DNA of 64,000 nt, taken from contig JAYWIR010000023.1 in NCBI GenBank assembly GCA_036172245.1, positions 1,550,001-1,614,000 on the forward strand, in the 5' to 3' direction. Positions 36,301 to 48,854 of this stretch are shown one piece after another. Source of the DNA: Raillietiella orientalis. Taxonomy: Eukaryota. Positions within the stretch are counted from its first letter, which is position 1. Every line of letters starts with the position of its first letter. Below the pieces are notes generated by a model that searched no databases, was not told the origin of the DNA, and saw nothing but the letters and a program-made list of their open reading frames with translations. A program made the position numbers and the translations under genes.

Positions 36301-38471
36301 GCTGACTGTTCCCCTCTCCCTCCCCCTTTCGTTTGTTCCGCTGGTTCTTTTTGACAAGAGTAACAGAAACCGTGCAGTTGTCGATCGCACGGGTCCCTTC
36401 CACGTGGATTCGTCTTGGCCATGGCCTGTCAAATGCATGTCGTCCTCCTCCTGCAGGAAAAGTCCTCCCCCACGCTTCCCTAGGGCTCCGCAGCAGAGGA
36501 CCGTTCCCGTGGACGACCGACCCGGACGATTTCCCAGACTCGAATCCTGCCGAATCCGGAAACCGGTTGTTAGCGAGGAAGCCACCAGAAGGGAATCCTG
36601 GTCTCCGTGAGACCTCAGACTGGCCGAGCCTGTTTCGCACGCACGCACCCTGGTTTAAGGAAACGCGCGAGCGGACGAAAAAGACAAGCAAAGGGGGGGG
36701 TGCCCCTTCCTCGCGCGCACCAAAGAAAGGGAGGGAGCAGCAACACCACCGTCAGTTTCTTGTGCAAAGGTAGCTGCCCGTTCTAAAGGGCAGCCTAAGC
36801 GCTCAGCAGCTGCAAAAGAGAAAACGGCGCGCGCGACCGTCAGGTGGCCGTAAATCGTGATCGAAAGTGCCTCCTCCCCCAATTCCTGATCAAAGGGTTG
36901 CTAGGACCGGAGTGGCTCCTTCTGCTGATTAGATCGGGTCGAGAAAAGAAACAAGAAAGAAGAGAATAGAAAAAAATTTCGATCCTTCGGAAATTTTTTT
37001 AATCTTTCTTCATCATGTTGCCGGGAAACCAACCGTGCCGCGCGCACGAGGGAGAGATAGAGCGAGGGCATGAGCTTTCGTTTCTGTTGGAGATGCTGCT
37101 TCCAACCGTTTCCCGGGAGAGACCAGTGATTGACGGTTCCGCTGCCGTGCCTCACGAGATCTTTAAATGAGCTCCCTCATAAAAGGACACCCCCATGCAG
37201 CAGCCGTCTGGGTTTCGGGGGGCTGGGAACAGGACAGGTAACCTCTACGTCCGCCAGTGAAAGTTGGTTACAGCTGTTCCTTTCTCCCGTCTGAACTTCT
37301 ACCACGCAAGCAGCACCATCATCCGGAAACTTTATGGGCCTACGATGCTAATCTCGCATCACTCCTCTGCAGAGATCATTCTTATTATTTAGAAAGCGGA
37401 GGTGGAAGTTCTCGGAGCGGAGCGGAAGCACTTGTGACACGCACGAGCGCGCGCATTCCTGTTCGTGTGGACGTGCGTTTACGACACAGCCGCCATCACC
37501 GCGAGCGAAAACACTCGCATCATGCGAAATCATGCAGCCGATGAGTGGAGTCCTGCAAAGCCAGATAATGAGACGATCCAGATGATCCTTCATTTACTTG
37601 CGCGAACACGCGAGACGTTGCGTTCCTATGGTTCCGGGCTCTGCTGTTCTCCGGTTTGGAGCAGCCGGGCGGGTGTTCCATGAGATCCGGCAAAGAACCG
37701 ATTAGTGTGTGTGTGTTGGGGGGGGGGGGGATTCTGGCGAGGGTAACTTTCATATTGGTTGAAAAAGTTCACGTCATCCTGTGGAACTGCTGAAGCAAAA
37801 AAGAAGCAAGGAATCTACCCCGAGGGTCCCATGACTCACAGCACTCTCAAGAGGTCGTGATAGTGGAGCAAAACGAAGCGGAAGTTACGGGTTTCACGTT
37901 GGAACGATTTTTGAAAGTCTGTTTGCCTGTATGTGCATGTAAAATCGGTGGAACAGCTCAGAACCAAAATGGAGGACCGCAGTGAACCAAAAGGTGCCAT
38001 GAGCATCGAAGGCCTACGAAATGGAAAGCATTTCCTTGGGTGAGGAAGAATCAAAACTGTTCTTGAGATGAGTATCTGTCACCCTGAATTCTTCTCCCCC
38101 CCCCCCTCCCCCCATTTTCTTAAAAATGAAAGAAGCTGTTGAGAAAAATATATATATACTTGCAAAAAGACAATTTCGTTGATGGTTAGTTTTTCACACG
38201 AGGAGCGCCAAAGAATGAGCGCTACCTGCACCTGGATATCAGATCCTTGGAAGCAGTGGGGCATAAATGGCTCCGGAAGGTATTCATTGATCCTCTGTGT
38301 TTACCTTATCAAAACTATTTGGAGACGTTGGGTGATATTCCTCTTCAGATCAACAAAAATTCCCATAGAAGGGCTTTGGAAACGGAATGCTCTGCCCCCA
38401 CGACAAAGATGCCTTTTGTCTTTCTATTTGTGCTCCCACACAACCACATTGAGTAGGGCATGAGGCGATTG

Positions 38472-39126
38472 CGATCGAAATCCCGAAAGATCACAAAAAG
38501 TAAACACGTGTGCTTATTCTAAACACATAGATTGATGTGCAAAGTTATTTTTACTATGCGTAGTTATTCCTATGTATTAACAGATATATTAGTAACAGAA
38601 ATGCCATCGGACCAGATATATTTATTGAAATTCAAGGACACACATTTTATTAATAAAATTAATAATTTGTTGATTGTACTGTTGATAGATATTCAAGATT
38701 ATGGGAAATGTATATCATCAACATTAATATTTATAAGCATGTACATATATATATGTATATGTGAATACATATAATAAGCGTATATATATTTATTTCTTAT
38801 ACTCTTCGTGATGCATACTAATCCATAAATTAATCTTTATATAAATATATATATACATGAATATACATAATAAGCACATATATGTATTTTTCTATAACCT
38901 TTGAGACATATATCAATAATATAATCAACAAAGTGTGAATTGTATTAATTAAATACACGTCACTGAATCTTGATAAATATAACCGGTCCAATAACATTAC
39001 CGTTAATAACGTGTTTGTTAAAAAATAGGAATAATTATGTATAGCAAAATAGCTTGGTACATCAAGCTGCGTAGAACAAGCACACGTGTTTATCTGAGGT
39101 GGTCTTTCGGGATTCTGATCGTTCGG
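38472..39126. mobile_element. AT-rich foldback / long-TIR non-autonomous DNA element, copy 2 (about 650-bp imperfect palindrome)
   Basis: Left arm CGATCGAAATCCCGAAAGATCACAAAAAGTAAACACGTGTGCTTATTCT...GTTATTCCTAT...GGACCAGATATATTTAT pairs with the right arm ATAAATATAACCGGTCC...ATAGGAATAAT...AGAACAAGCACACGTGTTTATCTGAGGTGGTCTTTCGGGATTCTGATCG. The complementarity extends over most of the element. Confidence 0.88.
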
Positions 39127-39899
39127 GATGTTGGACCAAACGCGACGTCAGGACGATTGCGATCCGTCGAGACGGCACGCAAGCGACACGCCGGAACGTC
39201 ATCGTCACACAATTCGGAGCCCAGCGTGTGCACTCGCTCCAAAGCACCCCGGCACATCAGTCGTTGCCTTGGCGATTTCGGCTTGGATGCAGGACGCTAC
39301 CGAAGTTGCGGTGGGCGTGCGAGGAAACCTCGGAGGGACGCTGCTTAGGATCAGCCGCACAGCCACTTTTCTCTTCCTCTTCAGCGCGCTCTTCATTGCC
39401 TTTCCTCCATCCCTAATATAGAAGAAGCTCAGCTGACGAGTCAGGAATCAGGCATGCATCCGATCCAGTTCCCCTGCAACTTGCCCCAAGCACGTCTGTA
39501 TTGCATTTTCAGCCCGTCGAGGGGGGAAAAAAGTACTCCCGAAGACGTGAGTTATGGAGACGAACCGCAGTTTTTCCACGCAGGAACGAGTTTTTCTCGT
39601 TGCCATCCACATGCCCAAGCTAATTATAAAATGCTCGGCGTAATGAGGGAGATGGCGGGTACGGAATTCGAGAAAGTTCCGCAGCTCTGTGGCCAGCTTG
39701 CGGTTGGAAGGCGCCCGGCAGGGTCCCACGGAGCAAAAGCAGAGACAAGCCTTCTTCGGGAAACTGGTGAGACTCTGCTCTCCGGCGCGACGCGGGCCTC
39801 GTGAGAAAGACGGAGGAGGGAGAGGCGGCAGAGAGCGCTCACGCCGACGCGCGGGGAGGCGGGCCGGAGCAGCTATGGGTTTTTCGAACGCGTGTTTGT

Positions 39900-39902
<3 letters not shown>

Positions 39903-39964
<62 letters not shown>
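39903..39964. repeat. (CT)n microsatellite, about 31 units
   Basis: Uninterrupted CT dinucleotide run. Confidence 0.97.
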
Positions 39965-39968
<4 letters not shown>

Positions 39969-41499
39969 CCTCTCTCCCTCCCTCCCGCCCTTCTCCTGAG
40001 GAAAACACGACGAGGAATTTCCCACAAGGGCCCCCTCTGCGGACACAGCCATTTCCCTCCGACAGACTGCGAAAGAGAATGCGGATGGCCTTCCATCAAC
40101 GCGTTTTAAGGAAAGAACGATTCGAAGTATCCGACTGGATCTCGGAATGACCTCTCCCCATCCAAGCAGTACGATTTCGTGGCGGGCAGAGGTTCTCCCG
40201 GGTGAGGAAAGCTGGTCTTCACGAAAAGCATGTTTTTTCTTATTTTTTTACCCGAAGAATCCGTCATTCCTAATTGTGAATTCCTCGCAACTCTTTCGAA
40301 AGGGGTCCTTTCGGACTGATGCTAATGAATTACGCACCTTACGCGCTGCGGCACACGCTGCTGCGGCGATTGGTTCGTGGGGGTCATGGGGTCCCCGGGC
40401 CCGAAAGTTTCCTGAGCACCACCCGGTTGGGGGTTCCCACTTAGACGGTTGCGAGGCCGGGCCCGCTCTCTCTCTCTCTCTCTTCTCGGGAATGTCTTCC
40501 GCGGATCGAAACTGGAGCACGGGGGAACCTGCAGCGCGGCTCCTCCCCGCTCGAGTAGCGGGGCGGGTAGCGGGCGGCCAACTCCGGTCCGACTGCGCGC
40601 ATCTCGCAGCGGCATGGCAACCGTTCTCAGAGAGGGGCACTCGCTTTCGCTTCGGGTCGCTCCTCCGGCGGAGGGCGGGCGGCTCAAAGGCTCCCGAACT
40701 CGCGGCAGGGTGCTCCGACCCAGCGGGAACGGAAGGGAGGGGGAGAGGGGCTGAAGGGGAGGAGGGAGGGGGGGGGGAAGCGGGGCACAGCCTCTCAAGG
40801 GATGGCAAGCAAGCATCCGGGAAGCGCGTATCTTCTCCGATCTTCCGGGGGACGGGAGCTCGGTCCAGACAGGAGTCCCTCAGAGATGGCTGAGGACGCT
40901 CGACCTCTCGTGATCAACAGTGCAAGGTGAGTGCCCTTTTTACATCCCTTTGTCCGTTTCCGGACAAAACGGTTGGCCTGAATTTCAGAGTGACGTGCAA
41001 GCTGCTGCCTTACGCCGACCCTCCAGCCTCCGCCGCTCGCGCGAGGTGCGAGGCGCCTTGCCGGTCGCACGGATTCGCGCGCTGCCGAAACGCAGCCTGA
41101 TCGCACCGGAGAGGAACATTTACCGTCGCGACAGCTGACGACCCGGCGAATTCGGAACCTGCTTTTCTTGGCGCGGGATGTTCTTGCCTCCCCCGACGAA
41201 AGCACTCTATCCCCGACCCCTGCAGTGACGTGCTTCCCCGAGGTAAGGGCGTTTGTCCTCCTCGTCTCCCCGAAGGGATCCTCGAATGAGGATGCTGCGC
41301 TCAACCTTATGCAGTCATGGGAACGAGCAGGAGAAGGAGAACAAGAAGGCTGGAGGTAATCAGAGATTAGGGGCAACAGAGGGCAGTTCGAGAAATGAAA
41401 AAAAAAAAAAAAAAAAGGAGAAGCACATGTTCATGTCGCAAGAATCAGAATTTGGGGGGGGGGGGGGCATTTCCGCAACTGTCCTGAGTAGGAAGTGAC

Positions 41500-44400
41500 T
41501 GTCCCGTATTCAGCTCGCGCCCTCATGCAGCAGCGGCGGCAGCAGCAGCAGACTTCCAGGATAACAACGGGCCTCAGGGATGGAATGGTCAGTGGGCAGT
41601 CACCTCCTGATATCTCCTACGATCCAGCTCTCACTCTTGCTTCGTCATCCAAGTTCGACCCGCCCTGACCCAAACGCCACAAATTACCTACATGCTCATC
41701 CGGAGTAGCGTTGGCCCGCCACACTCTCCTCCAATGCTCTGCATTTGAGCTCCCTCCCCCCACCCCCTCTTCCCCCCCTTCCGCTTTCGCTCGTGCTGGT
41801 CACCTAACTGACTCAGGAGAGGGGGCGTTTCCTTGGAGAACCACCTACACTTCTGTTGCTTTTTCATCTCTCGCCTCCTCCTCCTTCTCCTCCCACCGCT
41901 TCGTACTGAATTCTCTTGCTCTTTCGACGCTGGACGGCTGATCTGGCGATGGCTCTGCTGAACGCCTCCTTTCGCTCACGACCGAGCGCAGCTGCCACTG
42001 CCGTCTTTCCAGATGGGAATTGATCGGCTGAAGGATGGCAACCCTGCGAGAAGAGACCGCCCAACCGAAACCGAAGAGGATCGCTGAGGAAGAACGGTTG
42101 CTTCCTCCGCCCCCTACGGGAGCCTCGGAGGAAACTCGGAAGGACGGTCCGGACCTCCACGGTTTCCCAGCTTCCGGCATCCGGTTCATCTGGTGTTGGA
42201 AATCACCCCGGTCAACAGCCTCGAGTTCTTTCGACGCCTCTCTCCGGTCCTGTACAATCAAGATTCGATGCCTCCGGCACTTCCAAGAAAAAAGATCGTG
42301 ACCTTCCCCTTCCATCCTTCTCTCTTTGCTCTTCATCCCTTTTCTGCCGTTTTCAGGCGACGCTCCTGTCGGGGAGGTGGGGGAAGGAGAGAAGAGAGGA
42401 GGGGGAGGGCGCTCTGCAGTCTCGCTGCCCGAGATTCCTGCACGACTTCCTGGGCTCCACCTGCAATTAGCTTGATCTTGACGACTCATCCATGCCCGTA
42501 GCAGAAGAGACTCGGAACCGGCTCCATCCACCCATCGGAGGCCGCACCAGAGAACCAGGCGTAGCCTCCAAAGCCGCGAGTGCTGTCTTCTTCCCTTTAC
42601 GCTGTCAGCAGAAACGTCTCCACTCTTTCTAATTTCCTCACCGTCCCTGTCATCGTTCTCAGCCCTCCCCCAAGTTTGGGTCCTGACTCCGGAAGGGGAT
42701 GAGAAGGCCTGCAGGAGCGGCTCCTCGAGATTTATACTCCAGCCAAGACTGCAGGGCCGCCGCGCCCTCCCCGCATCTCTTCGTTGACAACCCGAAAGGT
42801 CGTCGGCAACCCGGACTGTTCAGAATGTTCTTTTTTCCCCTTTTGCCATTACTTTCCTCTCTTGGTCCCCTCGGCCCTTCGCCACACGCGCCTTTCCTCG
42901 CGGATCCGAGGAGACTATCCGAGAAGGCTCAGGGGGACGAAACGATTAGAGTGGGATGGCTCATCGATCTCCTGCTGGAAGCTGAGAATCATCCTGCACA
43001 TCTCGCAGAAGTAGCAGCCGCCTTGAGAGGGGAGGAGAAACGACTCAACTCCCGACACCGCCAAGGGCGGGATGCTCCCTTAGCCTGGGGCAGCCACAAG
43101 GCTCGCTCCGACTTTTGCAGATTCACGAATCCGCAGCACGGGCGTGCTTCACGAAATAGGGATCCTCTATGAGGCGTGTCAACAGCACTTCCCGACTCTC
43201 TGGACCCGCGCGTGGTTGCCCGGAAAGAGTACTGCTGCTTTCTGGTCGCGCCCCCTTCAGGCTTCAAAAGGAAACCCTCGCGCGTTCCTTCCGAGGTCAG
43301 GAAAAGCGGGGATTCGTCTTCCGCTTCCACTCTCACGGGAAAGGAAGGCCATGCCGGATTCGGTTCGAAAATTCTCCTCATGTCCCAATCGGGAAACCGA
43401 GGAGTTCCCGTCGGAGATCCTCGGGAGAAGCCGAGGAGTTCCGACTTTTGCAGGTTCACGAATCCGCAGCATGGGCGTACTTCACGAAATAGGGATCACC
43501 TATTAGGCACGCCAACCGCAACTGGCATCCATCCTCTTCAGAGGATGCAACAAGAATAGAAACAGCTTCAGGGCGTCCTTGGATCGCTCGCGGCCCTGGA
43601 CCGCTGGGGAGGAAAGCGAGACAAAACCACGAGACGTTTCCTGCTGACAGATCGGCGTTCCACGCTGGCGCGTCACATCCTCCGTGGCGACGGCTCTTGA
43701 GTTTTTTTTCTCACGTTCCGCTGCACGCGAAGCATGCTGATGAGGAGGTGCAGCAGATGATGGAAGAGATTCCGCGTCGCTTCCGCAATCAAACTGTCCT
43801 CTTCATCTCATCATTCAGACGAGCCCGTGGTTCTGGGAGGTCGCTTCATCTTAGCCGATGGCTTAGAAGGTGCTCCCATGTACGCGCCCGGGTGTTTCGT
43901 CTCAGGGAACACCGTTTCTTTCCTGACTTGCTCCTTCTGTTTCGTAGGGTTTTTTTTCCCCCGTCCCTTCGTCGTTTCTCTGGGTCCCGTGATCCCACGA
44001 ATGCTGCGACGGCTGCCCGCGACGACGCAGGCGCTCTTGTGGAGGCGGTGGGAAGGTCCCCAGCCCCCGCGATACTTGTCCTCCCACTCCAGTCTTGGTT
44101 CCGCTAGAACCTCCATCGGGTTCTCGAGGAGACGGTCACCTTCTCCACAGTTACACGCACTCCTCCCTGAAGCACCAGAGAATCCATCGCATGCCGGTTG
44201 GAGACTGCACCAGCTCTTCGAACTGCGAGTTGACCCACTCAATCCTAGCCACCTGTTTGTCGCGCCATCACGGAATCGGACTCGAGTTGCTAGCGCAGCG
44301 ATCGGGGATGCCCGCTCCAACTGCTCAGGTCGCCCTTCGAGGGCTGCGCGCTATCCCTTTTGGTCTCTTCTCGGGGCGGTTGCGTCGGCCGAGGTCTCCT

Positions 44401-45600
44401 GCATGCTCATTCGGAGGACGCTTAGAGAGCTACGGCGAGAACCGAGAGCTTCGCAACGGTCCCACAGCAGAACGCAGGCACCGAAGGTTTCTTCCCTCCT
44501 TTCTCCACTGCATCTTCCTGGCAGCATCCCTGAGTCCAAGGAGGCGCCCCTCTTCCGAGACGGCACCCTGAGTCGCAGTCACCGAGACTTCTGGGCGGAT
44601 GGCGAGAAAGTAGATGCTGGAAGTTTTCGCGCCAGCGGCAACGGTGCGTTCGCGAGCACTTGAGAAGATTCATGTGCTGCTGCTGCTGATTCTTTCCATC
44701 GGTTTTCGCTGCTTCTGTGACAGGAACGCGGCGCTTGCCATCGTCGTCCTGCTGGTTTATGGACACTCTTGGATGCAGGAAGCACAGTGATGGTCCGATT
44801 CTTCAGCCAAGGACGGAAGACGATTGAGCATCTCTTTGGTTCCTGTTTATCTTAGTTGAATCCTCTGCGAAAGCAAGCGGACAAAAAAATTTTGGACCGA
44901 ATTGAAGATGCAAGACATGCAAGAAAAGTTCGGTCCTCCTACGAAGGACTTCAAGAGCTTCGGCCTGTGCCGCTGGTGAAAGTGAACAAAGAGCCCCGAG
45001 CGTAGCATCGTGCTCGAGAGTGGAAAAAGAGTTCTCCCTGGGAACAATGGGTGGTGGCATGTTGGATCCTGGGAAAGAGAGGCAGAGAGAAAGAGTTCTC
45101 GAAACAGGTCTTCTCATTTCATCCTGTTCTCGTCGGATCGTTCGCAGAAGGCTAAAGAAGACTCGAAATCTTCGCTTACGTCAACCATCCTTTGTTGACC
45201 TTAGGAGTCGTTAAGTAGCGCGGTTCAAGGAGGAACAAAAGGCTACTAGTAGCAAAGCTATGGCATCCTCCTTGCCGTGCACGAAGAACCATCCGAATGG
45301 CTGCGACCGAACGTCCACATGGAGACGTTTTCCATGTGGAAAAGGTCCGGTGCTGCTGCTGAAGCATCTGGAGGGACCGAACAAGAAGCGAGCCGGGACC
45401 ACAACCGCCCGAAGGAGAAAATGCCTCCCGGCCCTCTGGCAAAGGAGGAATCTTTCGCGAGGTCGGTCAGTGGAGACCACAGCAAGCGGAGAAACGAACC
45501 TCGAACAAATTTCACCAGCAGCAAACACCACCGGGAGTTCTGGAAGACCGTGACCACTACCCGATTTTATCGCGAAACTCGGGCCTCTCTCCAACATGAA
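41500..45600 (-). mobile_element. Decayed LINE ORF2 relic
   Basis: On minus, 44650-45050: LFLHVLHLQFGPKFF (fL..vL..fgFg..fi), KINRN (iNG), NQQDDD (YADD position) and MNLLKCS (iN..Ks), in RT order. Confidence 0.5.
43107..43508. repeat. Pair of 69-bp direct repeats 333 bp apart
   Basis: TCCGACTTTTGCAG(A/G)TTCACGAATCCGCAGCA(C/T)GGGCGT(G/A)CTTCACGAAATAGGGATC... at 43107-43175 and 43440-43508, with 6 mismatches. Confidence 0.9.
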
Positions 45601-48600
45601 AGACGGGACGGGGGACCAAGAAGACCTGCTTCAGAAGAAACCAGATTTCTCGTTAGGAGACTCGAGGAAGTAAGGAAGGAAAGGTTTGAACCTTTGGAAA
45701 GTCATTGGGTGGGGATGCTTGACCCCGGGCGACTTCGGCAACCTCCGGTGCAGGAAGGTTCGTCTGGTGACCCAGGCGCATCATCAGCTGGAAGAAGCGA
45801 GTCTGGATGGTTTTCGCGGAGGCGAGCATTCCGACTCGTGCCTCAGGAGATCGACCGCCCCGAAAACAAAACGAAGGGGGAAAGGCAACAGCAGGATCGG
45901 GATCAGCCCTCCTCCACACCCACTCTGGAAAGCTCCTGGGAAGAAATCGGGATGTAGAGGTCTCGGGCGAGACCTCAGCAGGGTAGGGCTGCTCCGGAGG
46001 TCAGTTTCTCCAGAGAAGGTTTCCATGAAGTTGACTCCTGGTGAATCGCCCCCGCGACCCCTTCTCCAAACTCGTTCTTGCAAGGAAGCCACTCCCGTGC
46101 TCACGGGAGCTCTGGGCATCGGAATCGGTCCGCTACAGAATCGACAGCAGTCTCTTCCTGATACGTTGCTTTCCTTCCCGGAAGACCGAGGTGGGGAAAA
46201 ACTGGAGAGACCTTCCGTCGTCGCGGCAGAATTCCCACTCTACCCCTTTTTGCTTCTCCCGCCCTAGCACCGAGCCCTCTAGTTGGATTTCTCTCCTTAG
46301 TCACCGCTTCGTGCCAGCCCTGCCTTCGCCCTGGGTCTTCTGAAGATCTCAAAGTCCGGAGCAGCACCCGTGCCCCTCCTGCTCCTTCTCCAGGTCTCCT
46401 ATTCCCCCTGGGTTTCGGCCCGTGTATGCATCTTCTCATCTAGGCTAATACCGGATCTTCCGGAAGTTCAAGAACCTTCTCCTACGCTGAGCCCGAGATC
46501 ACGATGGTCACTCAGCCCCCTCCTCCTGGTCCTGCCCTTTGAGCGCGCACGTGTTTTCCCGTCCACTCCCTCCCTCCCTAGCAAGAGGGAGCTCAGAGGA
46601 GAGTCCTCGAAGAGGCATCCGAGATGCACGAATCCTTCCGGAGGAAACGGTCCACCGGGCTCGCGGGAGAACAGGTCCAGAAAAGGAGAGGATAGCGGGA
46701 AGCGCCTCGAGGTCTGACGGTCGCTGACGAAGAATGGCCTTCTGGGACGGCACCGGGGGGGGGGGGGGGGTTGAGGCAAGAGGCACGGAGCAGAGAGAAC
46801 GTGTCCAAAAGCACTGGGCTCCGGAGGGCGGCCGCGGAGCAGTCCTAGAGAGAATGGTGAATAAGAGAAGAGTGACCCGATAAGAGAGGAATGACCCTTT
46901 AGCTACCCTTCCAAACCACTGCATGCTCCCAGGTGACGTTCCACAGAGGGAGCGAATCGGCGGCGAGAAGTCGGACCCCCAGAAGGGGAACCCAATGCAG
47001 GTGAAAGGGGGGGGGGGAGGATGAGCGGTAGAGGAAAGAGGGAGGTCGACTGGAGTGGGATCCGCGAGGCAAACGCTGCTTTGGACTCACCAAAAAGGAG
47101 CGCTCCCTCGCATCGGGCGACGAAGAGTGGGACGCCTTCGACAGGGCATTCCTTCTGAACATCGGTCTCACCCATCACTCTTGTCCTCCCCAGCTCCTAA
47201 GGGACAAGATCGCCGGAGAAATCTCTGGAACCCGTCCTCTGCTCCCTCTTCACTCGTCAGCCATCCCGGAAGTCTCTTCCGGATGTCTCACACTCTGGCT
47301 CGGGAGGATGCGATAAGCCGGAGAGCGGGCCGCGGGAAGAGAGACGGGAGGACGCGCCATCGGTGGGGACCCAGAGTCGCCCACTTGTAGGACGAACGGG
47401 TTTTGGGCCGTTTCCTGGAGAAGAAAGAAACGGGGCACAAAAGGAAAAAAAGCCTCCTCTTGAGGGCGCGACCTGGATCCATGCAGATCGAGGGACGATC
47501 GCCAGAGTTTCCACCATGGAAACGGGAGGAATGGCAGGAAGAGCGTCTGAGCATCAGAGGCTTACGAGGAGGCAGGCTGCATCTCTTTTCCAGGTCTACG
47601 GCTTCTGCAAGAGCCCCCCTACCCCTTCCACTTCACCCTTTTTTGAAAAGGGAGGACAAGGGATCCTACGTCTTCCTGCGTTCCGGAGAGGAAGGCGGTG
47701 TACCCAGAGAGACTGCTCCACGGACTCAGGAGGGGGATGCAGCGGCTCGAAGAGCGGCTTGGACGCGATCCCCTGCCGTGGTCACACGGTAGAGTCACTC
47801 ACCCGCCCGTTTGTATAGCCCGCTCTGTTCCTAGCAGGGCACGGCGGGAAGGGAAACCACGCCCTTCTTTTCATGGGACGCCTTTCCCTCCCTCTCTCTT
47901 CCTCCTCAGTTCGCACCATCCTGCTAAGCGGAGCTGCCCCTGTGGACCAACTGAGCCGCGAGACGCGAGTCAGCGCCCGTGGTCAGGCTGGCAGCGAAAC
48001 GGGCCGACGGGAGCCGCAGCCGGCGCCTCGCATCGGCCGCTTCCTGGAAGGCCACCTCCCGTGACGAGGCTCGCGCGCCCATGGAAGCACCAAGGTGCTG
48101 AATGGAGGGAGCCAAGGACAGCATCCGGGGCTTCAACTCCGGGGACCTCCAGTAGTTCGCAGCCGCACACGAAGAAGAGGCGCGCCAATTCGAAATGCCC
48201 TCTCTCCAGCAGGGACAAGGCCGCGAGGCGTGGTCGCTCACCTCCCGCACGCGGCACCCAACGCAGCCCAACCCTGACTCAGCCCTATCCCCACCCCACC
48301 CTTTCATCCTATCAGTCCCCCAGAGCCTTATGGCGACTCCCTTGAGTGACATCTCTCCTTTCACGATGACCGCCGCGTTCAGAGACCTTCCAAAAACTTT
48401 CCAGGAGAGGCGGACCGCAGCAGCTTGGTCTCGAACCGGGACGGGAAAGAAAAGGATTGTGCACTCTCTCCGAGAAGTGGGAGGTGCCCGACCCTCTGTC
48501 CCTCCACTCCGTTTCCTCGGTCGGTTTCCTGGCACTCTCTCTCCCCCACGAAGAAGAAGCCGTAGGCGTGAGTGCGAAGAGCACGCACCAGCATCCTGCG

Positions 48601-48854
48601 CGTGGAACGTTCTACTCAGGTCCCTGGGGAACTTTAGGAGGTTGTTGTTTCATCGGCCTCTTCCCAGGCGCGCCATCCCCGCGCCGGAGGCCGTGTGGCT
48701 GCGACCTTGCGTCGCGGGTTCTAATCTCCCCGTGAAGGATCGATCTCGAGAAATGGGGGGGTGTCGTAGGTTCCGCTTCCTTCCTCTGCAGGATGGCGCT
48801 GGTTCAAGGTTTCAGGAATCCCTTCCGCACGGTCTTCGGGAGCGGCTCACTGGT

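Larger units (their letters stand above)
37800..41416 (+). mobile_element. Decayed LINE ORF2 relic interrupted by a foldback element and a (CT)n microsatellite; ends in an A19 run
   Basis: DPLCLPYQNYLETLGDIPLQI (about 38290; DGlp.efY), TIAIRRDGTQA (about 39150; lD..KA), GRCLGSAAQPLF, SADE (about 39430) and SWGPRARK...PVGG (about 40390; thumb). Poly(A) run at 41398-41416. Confidence 0.5.

Noticed and set aside
33969..36305. 406-aa and 369-aa ORFs downstream of the gene
   Set aside because: Arg-rich translations of GC-rich sequence with equally long ORFs on the other strand. No motif or splice structure.
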